A stretch of 64,000 bases of DNA. It comes from a virus. Each line of letters begins with the position of its first letter. Position 1 is the first letter of the stretch. The notes beneath the pieces were generated by a model. The model was not told where the DNA came from. It did not search any database and saw nothing but the letters and a program-made list of their open reading frames with translations. Location: IMG/VR virus record IMGVR_UViG_3300049489_000444, positions 1 to 64,000 of that record; one strand, given 5' to 3'. The position numbers and the translations under genes were made by a program. Shown one piece after another: positions 55,919 to 64,000 of the stretch.

Positions 55919-56680
55919 ATGCACGATACTGCCGCCCTCCTCGACCGTGTCGCGATGGTGATCGAGGCTGATGATGATGATAATGATCCCATCACACTCG
56001 ACACACCTGACGGTATCCTGCACGCCGTTCAGTTGTGTGATGATGGGTACCTCAGCGATGGCGAGTGCGCACAGCTTGATGCGGCGCTAAAAACCTATCC
56101 GCCGCTGAAGGTTCGCGCTCTCGACAGAACCGTTGATGATGTCCGTTTCGTCGGAGACAAAATTGTTGAAGGCGATCGCGACACATTCACAGCCTACACG
56201 CCCGAGGAATGGATGAGGTCCACTACAGCGGAGAACATCATCGAGGAGATCGCCGGGAAGATCGAGGAGCGCATCGATCGCGATTACCACGAATCTCCAG
56301 GCAAGCTCTGGCACGCCACCGACGCAGAAAACATCGAATCAATTATGCGTGACGGCCTAAGGGCCGAAAATCAATCACGTGGGCTGACCAACAGGTCGGT
56401 CGGGATGGCAATCTTTACGACCGACGACCGCAGCCTCGTCAGCGATGCCTACGGTGACACCGTGTTGGAGATCGACCTCTCCGGGATGCAGCGTGACGGC
56501 ATCAGGTGGGCAGTCTCCCAGGAACCATCTGTCTCCCTGTACGAGGCCGAGAGTGCCTTGGCACATATGCTCGATCTTGATGACTACTCACCAGACAATA
56601 CCAGCGATGGGGCCGATGACCCGTCGACCATCATCCTGTACGTCGCGGTGGTCCCGCCGAAGTACCTACGGGTCGTGTAA
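55919..56680 (+). CDS. ADP-ribosyltransferase-fold (Tpt1/KptA/DarT-like) protein with the N-terminal helix motif
   Basis: LWHATDAENIESIMRDGL...AIFTT...YGDTVLEID; N-terminus TAALLDRVAMVIEADD. Confidence 0.7.
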   Translation: MHDTAALLDRVAMVIEADDDDNDPITLDTPDGILHAVQLCDDGYLSDGECAQLDAALKTYPPLKVRALDRTVDDVRFVGDKIVEGDRDTFTAYTPEEWMRSTTAENIIEEIAGKIEERIDRDYHESPGKLWHATDAENIESIMRDGLRAENQSRGLTNRSVGMAIFTTDDRSLVSDAYGDTVLEIDLSGMQRDGIRWAVSQEPSVSLYEAESALAHMLDLDDYSPDNTSDGADDPSTIILYVAVVPPKYLRVV

Positions 56681-56703
56681 ACAGGCCAAGGTGAGGCCGA
56701 TCA

Positions 56704-57228
56704 ATGGATGAACCGCAGCCGGGCTGGTGGGTCATCATCGAAACGAACTCGTACGCTGGTAATTTCGAGCGAACTATGGGTGCTTGGTGCACCGGGGCCT
56801 ACGGCGAGACGCACGGAAAATTCGAGTCTGCCGACTGCTTATCCGAATTAGAGAACACCGGATGGGCTCATATCCCAGACAATGTCGGGTACTGCTGTGG
56901 CGGCGAACGCGCAATGCGGTGGGCCTTACCAAAGAACCAGAAATCCACAGACGGACTCGACTCGATCTACACAGGAGTCGCGATCCCGTTCAACAAACGA
57001 CCCAGCCGCAGTGATGTTCGATTCATGTTGTGGCGTGCGGCCGATTATGCAGAAAAAGTCCGCTCAGGTTACTTCTCCGGTAAGCGCACCATATCTTGTT
57101 ACGCCCAGGAAACCCTGCAGGTGACCGGTATACAGGTCAGGCATTTACGTCTAAGTGAGACCATTACAGATCGGATCAAGGTACATGGCGCTGCAGCTAA
57201 GTCATCAAAGAAGAATCCACGCTCCTGA
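56704..57228 (+). CDS. Hypothetical protein
   Basis: GAGG RBS, 174 aa. Confidence 0.55.
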   Translation: MDEPQPGWWVIIETNSYAGNFERTMGAWCTGAYGETHGKFESADCLSELENTGWAHIPDNVGYCCGGERAMRWALPKNQKSTDGLDSIYTGVAIPFNKRPSRSDVRFMLWRAADYAEKVRSGYFSGKRTISCYAQETLQVTGIQVRHLRLSETITDRIKVHGAAAKSSKKNPRS

Positions 57229-57263
57229 TTCGTCTTTAATTCTGACGCGTGGGTAATCTTCCA

Positions 57264-57476
57264 TCAGGAATCTTCTCTGGATAACGCCTCCAGCGCCTCC
57301 TCCAATAAATCCCGCTTCATCGAGGATCTGTTGATTTGGAATTGAAGTTCTTTGAGTACAGCTTCCTTCGTAACACCTTGACGCGCGTGCCACGACCAGT
57401 GGCCCTGCTTCCGCATGACGACAACCTCTGGAGCAACGTCCACCATCACATCGGCCAAGTCCACTGTCGCGCTCAT
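57264..57476 (-). CDS. Small hypothetical protein
   Basis: 70-aa ORF. Confidence 0.45.
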   Translation of the reverse strand: MSATVDLADVMVDVAPEVVVMRKQGHWSWHARQGVTKEAVLKELQFQINRSSMKRDLLEEALEALSREDS

Positions 57477-57534
57477 TCATCTCGCCCTTCTCCTAGCCCA
57501 TACTGACCGGTCTCATGCAAATAATAGATCGATC

Positions 57535-58197
57535 TCAGTCTTTGTTCTCAATAGTCTTCTTCAGACTAGCGGCGGCGCGTTCGATTGCGTCCGCGGGCGG
57601 TTGGATGGTCACGATGATACCTGTCGGCTTCTGATAGTGCCGCATGAGCGAATCTTTCAGACTCAGACTTGCAATCCAATACGGTCCCGGATGCTTTGGA
57701 CGCACGTAAAGGATACCGTCCTGCAGTTCCTCCTCGTAGGTTCCGGGGAACAGCCGAGTAGGCTCATGGGCCTGCAGGGGATACCGTGGATGGAGGATCA
57801 GGACCCCGCGGTTGGTTCCAGGGAACTGGTCTTTGACGACGTCAACAAGCCAGAACTCGTCATGCTTGGGGAACTCGAGATGCCCCTGCATGGACTGCGA
57901 CCACGCGCGGTCAACGATCGCGACCTTCCCGAATGTCCGACTCAGAATGGCGTTCTGTTTGTCGGCTTTCAGGTTGAACTGGAACTTCGCGACCGCCGTA
58001 CAGACCCCATCACGCAAATTAGCCCGCGAAGGGCTGACGGTATGTGGAGTGTCCGACACTAGCGACAAGTGTCCGCTTGTTGGCTGCGGTTTGTATGGTT
58101 GCTTGGACACGGAATCTCTTTCCAGGCGTGAATGTGCCATTGGTAATCCTAAGTCGCTTGCGGCGAAGTTGCTGTCCTGATGAGGATTGAAGGACAT
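57535..58197 (-). CDS. Hypothetical protein (true start probably near 58000)
   Basis: The listed ORF overlaps the upstream gene by about 180 bp. Confidence 0.5.
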   Translation of the reverse strand: MSFNPHQDSNFAASDLGLPMAHSRLERDSVSKQPYKPQPTSGHLSLVSDTPHTVSPSRANLRDGVCTAVAKFQFNLKADKQNAILSRTFGKVAIVDRAWSQSMQGHLEFPKHDEFWLVDVVKDQFPGTNRGVLILHPRYPLQAHEPTRLFPGTYEEELQDGILYVRPKHPGPYWIASLSLKDSLMRHYQKPTGIIVTIQPPADAIERAAASLKKTIENKD

Positions 58198-59017
58198 AGT
58201 CTTGGGTGAAATCGCTGGTCAGCATGCTGGGCAGTACCGTTCCTGAGCCCCAGGTTGCGGAGACATTCCCGTCGGAATCCTCGATGTCCAACGTGATAAT
58301 CTGACCGGTCTCTTGCACGTAATCGAACGTGATATTGCGCGGCTGTTCACGTCCGACGATGAACGCCCAGCGAAACCGGTCAATCGTTGGTGTGTTACCG
58401 TTGTTGACGATCTGCATGATGTGGCCGAACGATGTATGATCGACCGTCTCGACCACAGGAGCCAGTCCGGCCTCGGTGTGTTTGTAGATCATCGACGTGA
58501 ATGGCGGCGTCAAGAACGTACCATCAGCGGGACTCGAGAAGGCCTCAATTCTGGCTTTCGGGGCCGGAACAATCATCGTATCTGCGAGCCCGACTCCGCC
58601 ACCCGGATACAGCACGTAACCGAGCACAATACCATCATTGATGTTCTGATTCTGCAGGAGACCGTAATCTAGAGTCAGCGTTGCGGCGTTTCCGCCGAAC
58701 ACGTCAGAATCCGTGTGCCTGTATACGACCGTATAGTTGGCGGCGGCACTCGTGATAGGAACGACAAGCTGTTTGGGTTCGTCCTCGTGCAGGAGGACTC
58801 CTGCCCGCATCGTGCCTTGTTGGGTGGTACGTGGACTATCAAGAGATATCCAAACAGGCTGAATGACGATCCTGTCAGGCTGTGTTGGCGGTGTTACGGC
58901 CGACACGCCAATCTCACCGCCACTCAGGACGGTCTTGCCTGTCAGGCCGCTGAACATCTCTTTAAATGTGCTCGCTGTGGCAAAGATGCCGAAGTCGAAG
59001 TAACGGTGCTGAGTCAC
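58019..59017 (-). CDS. Putative baseplate/tail-associated protein
   Basis: Beta-rich; in an operon with other structural-type genes; GAGG RBS. Confidence 0.55.
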   Translation of the reverse strand: MTQHRYFDFGIFATASTFKEMFSGLTGKTVLSGGEIGVSAVTPPTQPDRIVIQPVWISLDSPRTTQQGTMRAGVLLHEDEPKQLVVPITSAAANYTVVYRHTDSDVFGGNAATLTLDYGLLQNQNINDGIVLGYVLYPGGGVGLADTMIVPAPKARIEAFSSPADGTFLTPPFTSMIYKHTEAGLAPVVETVDHTSFGHIMQIVNNGNTPTIDRFRWAFIVGREQPRNITFDYVQETGQIITLDIEDSDGNVSATWGSGTVLPSMLTSDFTQDYVLQSSSGQQLRRKRLRITNGTFTPGKRFRVQATIQTAANKRTLVASVGHSTYRQPFAG

Positions 59018-59025
59018 GGATTACC

Positions 59026-61512
59026 TCACCAGAGAGCGGCAAGCATGAAACCGGAAAGTTTCTTGCCAGCCATCCTGAAACGTATTTTGAAATTTCCAGC
59101 CAGCCCTGTGATCTGACGCACCCTGGCGTTTCCGCTGATGGCCGGCATTGTTGTCCAGGCACCAGCCGTGGTTGGTGCGCTGTAGAGTTGGTACTCCACC
59201 ACCGCATCACCACCAGGGCTCTCAAGGCTTGTTGGTAGATCGCCAAAGACAACCATGAATAGCTTGCTCTGGTTGAATGGCAATGGGAATGCCTGGGAGT
59301 AGTACCATTCACGGGCACCATCGAGGGTACCCTCAGAGTTGAATGTTGCGGTGAGGTCCTCGTCGGTGAAAACAGAATCAAGGGCCGTATTGTGACGGTC
59401 ACGCCGTGATAGGATGTTGTCCTGATGTTTGACGTTTTTGAATGACTCGACGCCGATAATCTTTGTGTTTGTTGCCCCACCAAATCCGCCCATCATGGTG
59501 AGCATGATGCGGAAGTTGCCGACCAGATGATCGACATGCTCCTGCTCTTGTGTGGCGTTCACGACATCACGCAAGTTACGGCTTATCGGACGAGTGTCAT
59601 GGATGCGTGCAACGGACTGGCCGTTCCAGTTGAACGTACAGACGGGCAGCGCGTCGTCCAGCGCTGGTGTCGTTGTAGGTTCGATGTCGGCCCACAACTG
59701 GATTAGCGCATTGGCTCCGGCCGCTACCGGGGTCGGCTTTACCTTCCATGTGTCGAGGACAGAAAACACCGTATTGCTGATCTGGAATGCGTGCGTGGGC
59801 TCACCATTCACAATTGTGGTCTGTTCCCAAGCGATCTGCTTTGGTGCTGCCGACCCGGCAGTTCCGTGAAAGATGAGAGTCTCAACGGCTATCGCGCCAG
59901 TCAGGTCCTTCCCCGTCAATTCAATCTGGACCTCCATATTCGAAGGCGGAGATAGCGGGGCATTCCACAGAGCAACCCTGATACGGGCAGGCCCGTACAT
60001 AGGAAATTGCGGGGTCTGGACGGCTGTGCCGACGCCGTTGGCGTCATTGATGAGTTTCGCGCAGCTTACGACCTGCGGGCCTTCGATGAATTGCTGCGAA
60101 GCATCTAGCCACAGGCGATAGTTCTTCGGAATCGGTCCGTTCGTCCCTACGGCATATTGCGTTGTTGGTAGAGCCTCGTAGATCTTCCCACCAGTGACGT
60201 ACTCCTCTGAGGGGGTCGGATTCTGGAATTGGATGATGTCGCCGGCCACCAGCATCACATCATGGGGCAGCGCCGGAGGACGAAGACAATCAGAGTCCGT
60301 GTAGTAAACGGTGAACCCATATGTGCTATTGAACCCTTCGTCGGTCGCGTTCTGTCGATAAAGCGCAAGGATATTCGTTCCAGGGATGAGGTCGGCCGCC
60401 AAACTGTAGGCGGTCAGGCCTGTGTCGGGTACCGATCCGCCAGAACCGTCATCTTTGTTCCCGCGAATGCCCAGGATACGGGTCGGGTATGAGTTGAGGT
60501 AGACATAGCGACGACCAACAGTCCCGGTCACCAGACCTGTCGCGTCCGTCAAGACCCGCACTCCCGGAGTGCCGTCCACGTATTCTTCGCAGATCTTCCC
60601 AGGACAACCCGGAACATTAAGATCACGTGACAGAACAATTCCGTGCTGCAACATCTGCTGATAGAGTGTTAAGGCCCCACCACCTAGATCATTGTACGAA
60701 AGTTTGTGTGGAACCGTATCGGCGCCGGTTCCGCTCATCTGACGGTGTTCCTGATCGACCGCAGAGAACCATGGCCGTACATACTGATTGACCGCATTGG
60801 TCATATCGATGTTCAGGATTGTCGGTTGAGCCGCGTACGTGGCCGCATCCGGGTTCGGGACAACCTTGACGATAGCCAGCACCACACAATCATTGAGACG
60901 TTGAACCGAGAATTTCGTCAGGTCCTGAAAATCCTGAATCGTCACGACCTTGACCATCTGAGGTTTGTTGAGGTCAGGGTCGGACAGCGTCTCAGGTGTC
61001 GATTGTGGTAACGCCGGATCAATCGGGAGTGCCGTTACGCGACGCACGGCCTCGACGGTGTTGAAGCTTGTGACGGTGTTGGTCTCCGGGTCATCGACCA
61101 CAAGATATTCCAACAGAACGATATTCTCGATACCCTGTATGGCGGGGTCGCTCGATACAACGGCGTTATTGGCAAGGTTGATCCCGAAAAGCTGTTCTGG
61201 AATAATGATGATGTTTCCGGCTTTGGTTACTGCGATCCCTGGCGTGATATCCAGCGTCAGCGGGTTACCGGCATTGGGCTGAACCGTCAACGGGCGACCA
61301 GATGCTGGCGTTGCCGAGTTTGGGTTCAATTCATCCACAACACCATGGGACGGGCCTTGTTCGCGGTACTGACCCATGAGGAGTTGCAGGCGTGCGCGTT
61401 GTTCGCCCGCAAACACCTGATCGAACAGGTATTCGAGGTCACGAACCCCAGGCGGAGCATCAAAGTTCAGTCCCGGAAGTTTTGAATTTGGTGTGATGAA
61501 CGCGACAGCCAT
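59026..61512 (-). CDS. Putative baseplate/tail fibre-attachment protein
   Basis: 828 aa; HGVV...LDITPGIAVTKAGNII and CVVLAIV patterns typical of tail-fibre attachment proteins. Confidence 0.6.
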   Translation of the reverse strand: MAVAFITPNSKLPGLNFDAPPGVRDLEYLFDQVFAGEQRARLQLLMGQYREQGPSHGVVDELNPNSATPASGRPLTVQPNAGNPLTLDITPGIAVTKAGNIIIIPEQLFGINLANNAVVSSDPAIQGIENIVLLEYLVVDDPETNTVTSFNTVEAVRRVTALPIDPALPQSTPETLSDPDLNKPQMVKVVTIQDFQDLTKFSVQRLNDCVVLAIVKVVPNPDAATYAAQPTILNIDMTNAVNQYVRPWFSAVDQEHRQMSGTGADTVPHKLSYNDLGGGALTLYQQMLQHGIVLSRDLNVPGCPGKICEEYVDGTPGVRVLTDATGLVTGTVGRRYVYLNSYPTRILGIRGNKDDGSGGSVPDTGLTAYSLAADLIPGTNILALYRQNATDEGFNSTYGFTVYYTDSDCLRPPALPHDVMLVAGDIIQFQNPTPSEEYVTGGKIYEALPTTQYAVGTNGPIPKNYRLWLDASQQFIEGPQVVSCAKLINDANGVGTAVQTPQFPMYGPARIRVALWNAPLSPPSNMEVQIELTGKDLTGAIAVETLIFHGTAGSAAPKQIAWEQTTIVNGEPTHAFQISNTVFSVLDTWKVKPTPVAAGANALIQLWADIEPTTTPALDDALPVCTFNWNGQSVARIHDTRPISRNLRDVVNATQEQEHVDHLVGNFRIMLTMMGGFGGATNTKIIGVESFKNVKHQDNILSRRDRHNTALDSVFTDEDLTATFNSEGTLDGAREWYYSQAFPLPFNQSKLFMVVFGDLPTSLESPGGDAVVEYQLYSAPTTAGAWTTMPAISGNARVRQITGLAGNFKIRFRMAGKKLSGFMLAALW

Positions 61513-61519
61513 GGTAGCC

Positions 61520-63265
61520 TCACAACAGCAAAGTTCCAGAATCTAAAGAGTCGACATCCATCTGGGTACAGAGATCGGCAATCGTTTTGAAATACGGTTT
61601 GATCTGCAGGGAGCCGGCCTGCCAATCGAAAGCTCCAACCTGCCTAGCAGATAGGCCGTACTGTAGCTGTTCGATGTGTCGACCGGTAACATTCCATGAA
61701 TCCATCTCGATCTCGCCGTTTGGTGGACCGGATGTGACGAGCCGTAAGCGTGTCGCGTCCTGCTGACCGACCTTCAGACTGATTTGGACATTGACCGCAG
61801 CATTTCCGGCGCCAGACCCGGCAGCCAGTAACTGGTCTGGATATCCTGGCACGCGAGCCGCCTCGTTAGGTTCGAACTGATAATAGAGCGCGTTCACTTC
61901 ACCGCTGGCGAACGTCACACGTGTCGTCCACGACAGGTCATCTTGGCCGGCTACCGGGGCAGGCCAAGCCGGGATAAGGTCGACCCAAATCTCACAACGA
62001 CCACGGTCGTCATTGCGCATAACCAGTTTGTCATTCCTGTACGTGAGTACCCCGCAGTACCGGTGGAAGAACAGGAACGCACTCTGGTGGATCGGTACCC
62101 GCAGTATGGGATGGTTCTTTTTGACCGCAACCGGATAAACTGAATCGATCGGAGACCCAAGCCCATCAGAGGTGAGGAGCGATAGCGTCTCGACAGGACT
62201 TGGCCCATCAGTGAAGCGTCCGCTCACGTAATCGACAACGAATGGTCCGATTGGGTGCGGTAGTCGTCGGTGTGGCGGTATAGTTAGGGTGTTTGACTGG
62301 TATCCGGGGAAACCACGCAGGTACACGATATCCTCGATATTGAGGTCGCGTGGTAGCACGTTATCCAGTACGACAATTGTATTGTATTCTGACAGAGATC
62401 TAGAGTAACCCTGAACCTCGACAACCGTGTACGGTGTCCCGCTCAGGAGTAACGATGGATCGTTTTGAATCCAAAGCTGATCACCAATAAGGACCGGAAA
62501 ACGACCACGAACACCCAGGACATCGGTCTCGGAGCCGCCAGACAGATAGGAGCCGAACGCGACCGGGACGGCCTCTGTATTTCCAGTAAACTCAGCGAAG
62601 ACCATACTCTCCAGACCGTTAATGGTGTCGAGCACTTGCCTGAACGGGGTGACCGGCGTGTTGGCCGCGTCGGTCGCGATGGTGACCGTGACGTCCAGAC
62701 CATCAACCGTGAGGCCAAACGGCGTCAACGGGACTGTCGGAATAACAATCGAGAAGAAGATACGGTTACCCAGGACACCGCCAGTTCGTGCGGTGACCTT
62801 CATGGTATTCAGGCCCTGCGTGATGGTTGTGGATGCCTTAGGAAGCGCAATGGAAGTAACTCCAGTCGAGACAAACGCTTCTCCGTACAGGTCAATCGAT
62901 GCTCCAGTATCGAAACTAGACTTGATGAGGTTGTATGTCTGGATGAGGAGTTGGTCGCGCGAGACATCCGCTACAAGCTGGATTTCATTTTCTGCGATCT
63001 GGATAAGCGAGCCAGGAACTAGCCCGTCTATGATGCGGTCGACTCTGATCTGCTGGCTGAGAGCCTGGATCGGCTCGGTTGTCTTGATACGATTATCAGG
63101 TTGGATGTTCGGCAGGAATGAACCGACACGGTTTGCGTAGCGCAACGTACCACGCAAGTTTTGATCTATGTACCGTGGCGTTCCACGCGGAACAACATGG
63201 ACGGTTGTCCACTCAGGCGCGACGGCCTGAATGACGTCCTCACTCTTTCGGATGATTCCGGTCAT
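61520..63265 (-). CDS. Putative virion/baseplate protein with a sheath-insertion-like domain
   Basis: MKVTARTGGVLGNRI...VTVTIATDAAN...YLSGG. Confidence 0.55.
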   Translation of the reverse strand: MTGIIRKSEDVIQAVAPEWTTVHVVPRGTPRYIDQNLRGTLRYANRVGSFLPNIQPDNRIKTTEPIQALSQQIRVDRIIDGLVPGSLIQIAENEIQLVADVSRDQLLIQTYNLIKSSFDTGASIDLYGEAFVSTGVTSIALPKASTTITQGLNTMKVTARTGGVLGNRIFFSIVIPTVPLTPFGLTVDGLDVTVTIATDAANTPVTPFRQVLDTINGLESMVFAEFTGNTEAVPVAFGSYLSGGSETDVLGVRGRFPVLIGDQLWIQNDPSLLLSGTPYTVVEVQGYSRSLSEYNTIVVLDNVLPRDLNIEDIVYLRGFPGYQSNTLTIPPHRRLPHPIGPFVVDYVSGRFTDGPSPVETLSLLTSDGLGSPIDSVYPVAVKKNHPILRVPIHQSAFLFFHRYCGVLTYRNDKLVMRNDDRGRCEIWVDLIPAWPAPVAGQDDLSWTTRVTFASGEVNALYYQFEPNEAARVPGYPDQLLAAGSGAGNAAVNVQISLKVGQQDATRLRLVTSGPPNGEIEMDSWNVTGRHIEQLQYGLSARQVGAFDWQAGSLQIKPYFKTIADLCTQMDVDSLDSGTLLL

Positions 63266-63560
63266 TTGATTCCAAAGTACGCAAAAGAGAGTCGAAGAAA
63301 AAGCAGAACGTCGCACCAGCAAAGCTATGCAGGACTACTTGTTTGATAGTCTGCACGGGCTCACCACCGTAGAACCGACCAAGACCAACAAAGAAGCTGA
63401 CCCAGAAGCCAGTGCAGAAGTAGCACTCGACCAACTCTTGCCAGAACTTCGAACGTCCTACCAACCAATCACGAGGACGTTGTAGTATTTTGGCGTCGCA
63501 CAGCGTGAATGTCATGCCGTATGACGCCATCCAGACAATGAGTTGATCGAATGCGTTCAC
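63240..63560 (-). CDS. Small membrane protein (DUF1360-like)
   Basis: ELVECYFCTGFWVS plus hydrophobic helices. Confidence 0.6.
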   Translation of the reverse strand: MNAFDQLIVWMASYGMTFTLCDAKILQRPRDWLVGRSKFWQELVECYFCTGFWVSFFVGLGRFYGGEPVQTIKQVVLHSFAGATFCFFFDSLLRTLESNDRNHPKE

Positions 63561-63865
63561 TTCTTGTTCTTCTTGGCGGGCTTCTCTTCGTCGTCTGACT
63601 TACTGGCCTTCTTAGAAGTCACAACCTCGACGACCTTCTCGACTAGCGTCTTAGCGGCTGGGGCTTCGTCAACGGCCTTGGAGACCTCTTCGACGGCCTT
63701 CTCGGTTGCCTTCTCGACAACCAGTGGGGCCTTGGCCACCATGGCCTTGGCCTCAGCCTTGGCCTTCTCGATCAACTCAGCCCCGACCTGCTCGATGGGC
63801 TTCAAGATGTCGAACTTCGTGACGGTCTGTGGTTGCTGGTTCTTCACGTGGAGGCGGATAGCCAT
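63557..63865 (-). CDS. Lys/Glu/Ala-rich hypothetical protein
   Basis: GAGGA RBS, 102 aa. Confidence 0.6.
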   Translation of the reverse strand: MAIRLHVKNQQPQTVTKFDILKPIEQVGAELIEKAKAEAKAMVAKAPLVVEKATEKAVEEVSKAVDEAPAAKTLVEKVVEVVTSKKASKSDDEEKPAKKNKK

Positions 63866-63872
63866 GGTGTCC

Positions 63873-64000
63873 TCACTTCTTCTCGGGGTCTGAGGGTTTA
63901 GCTGGGGGAACGATCTCGTTGGCGGCTGGGGTTACCGTCGCCACTGGCGCGTTCTTTGGTGGTTGCTTGGAGAGCTTCTTGGCGGCCCACAGGACCAGCA
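63873..64000 (-). CDS. Partial ORF (C-terminus ...LVLWAAKKLSKQPPK...DPEKK)
   Basis: Open frame running off the right edge, ending in TGA at 63873. Confidence 0.45.
   Translation of the reverse strand, partial: LVLWAAKKLSKQPPKNAPVATVTPAANEIVPPAKPSDPEKK

Noticed and set aside
1-64000. Alternative genetic code (stop-codon reassignment)
   Set aside because: Core genes are full length under the standard bacterial code, and TAA, TAG and TGA all end genes.

Overview
This 64 kb window is a gene-dense segment of a large (jumbo-type) contractile-tailed bacteriophage. I found no tRNA, rRNA, CRISPR array or integrase. It contains (i) a tail module on the minus strand: completion protein, a 1369-aa decorated sheath, tube, an assembly chaperone with a -1 frameshift site, tape measure, and baseplate/fibre-like genes; (ii) replication and nucleotide genes: a UDG-fused family A DNA polymerase, GyrB/GyrA, ThyX, oligoribonuclease, a DNA methyltransferase, an HNH protein and a divergent sigma factor; (iii) a GC-rich island with a MoxR/RavA ATPase, a vWA protein, a Pex14N-like protein, an AAA ATPase and an XRE HTH, driven by five sigma70-type promoters, three of which overlap a shared palindromic operator; and (iv) plus-strand clusters of polyvalent/effector proteins: GNATs, ADP-ribosyltransferase folds, a kinase, a metallopeptidase, PcfJ, pentapeptide repeats and two SAM-lyase-like proteins. 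The most striking signal is a short amphipathic helix, roughly A-x-[ILM]-L-[ED]-x-A-A-x-x-[IL]-E-A. It recurs about 11 times in 8 otherwise unrelated proteins, always at an N-terminus or a domain junction. I infer it is a modular capsid-loading/proteolytic-release tag for a cargo of injected counter-defence enzymes. All annotations come from motifs recognised by eye; no database searches were run.
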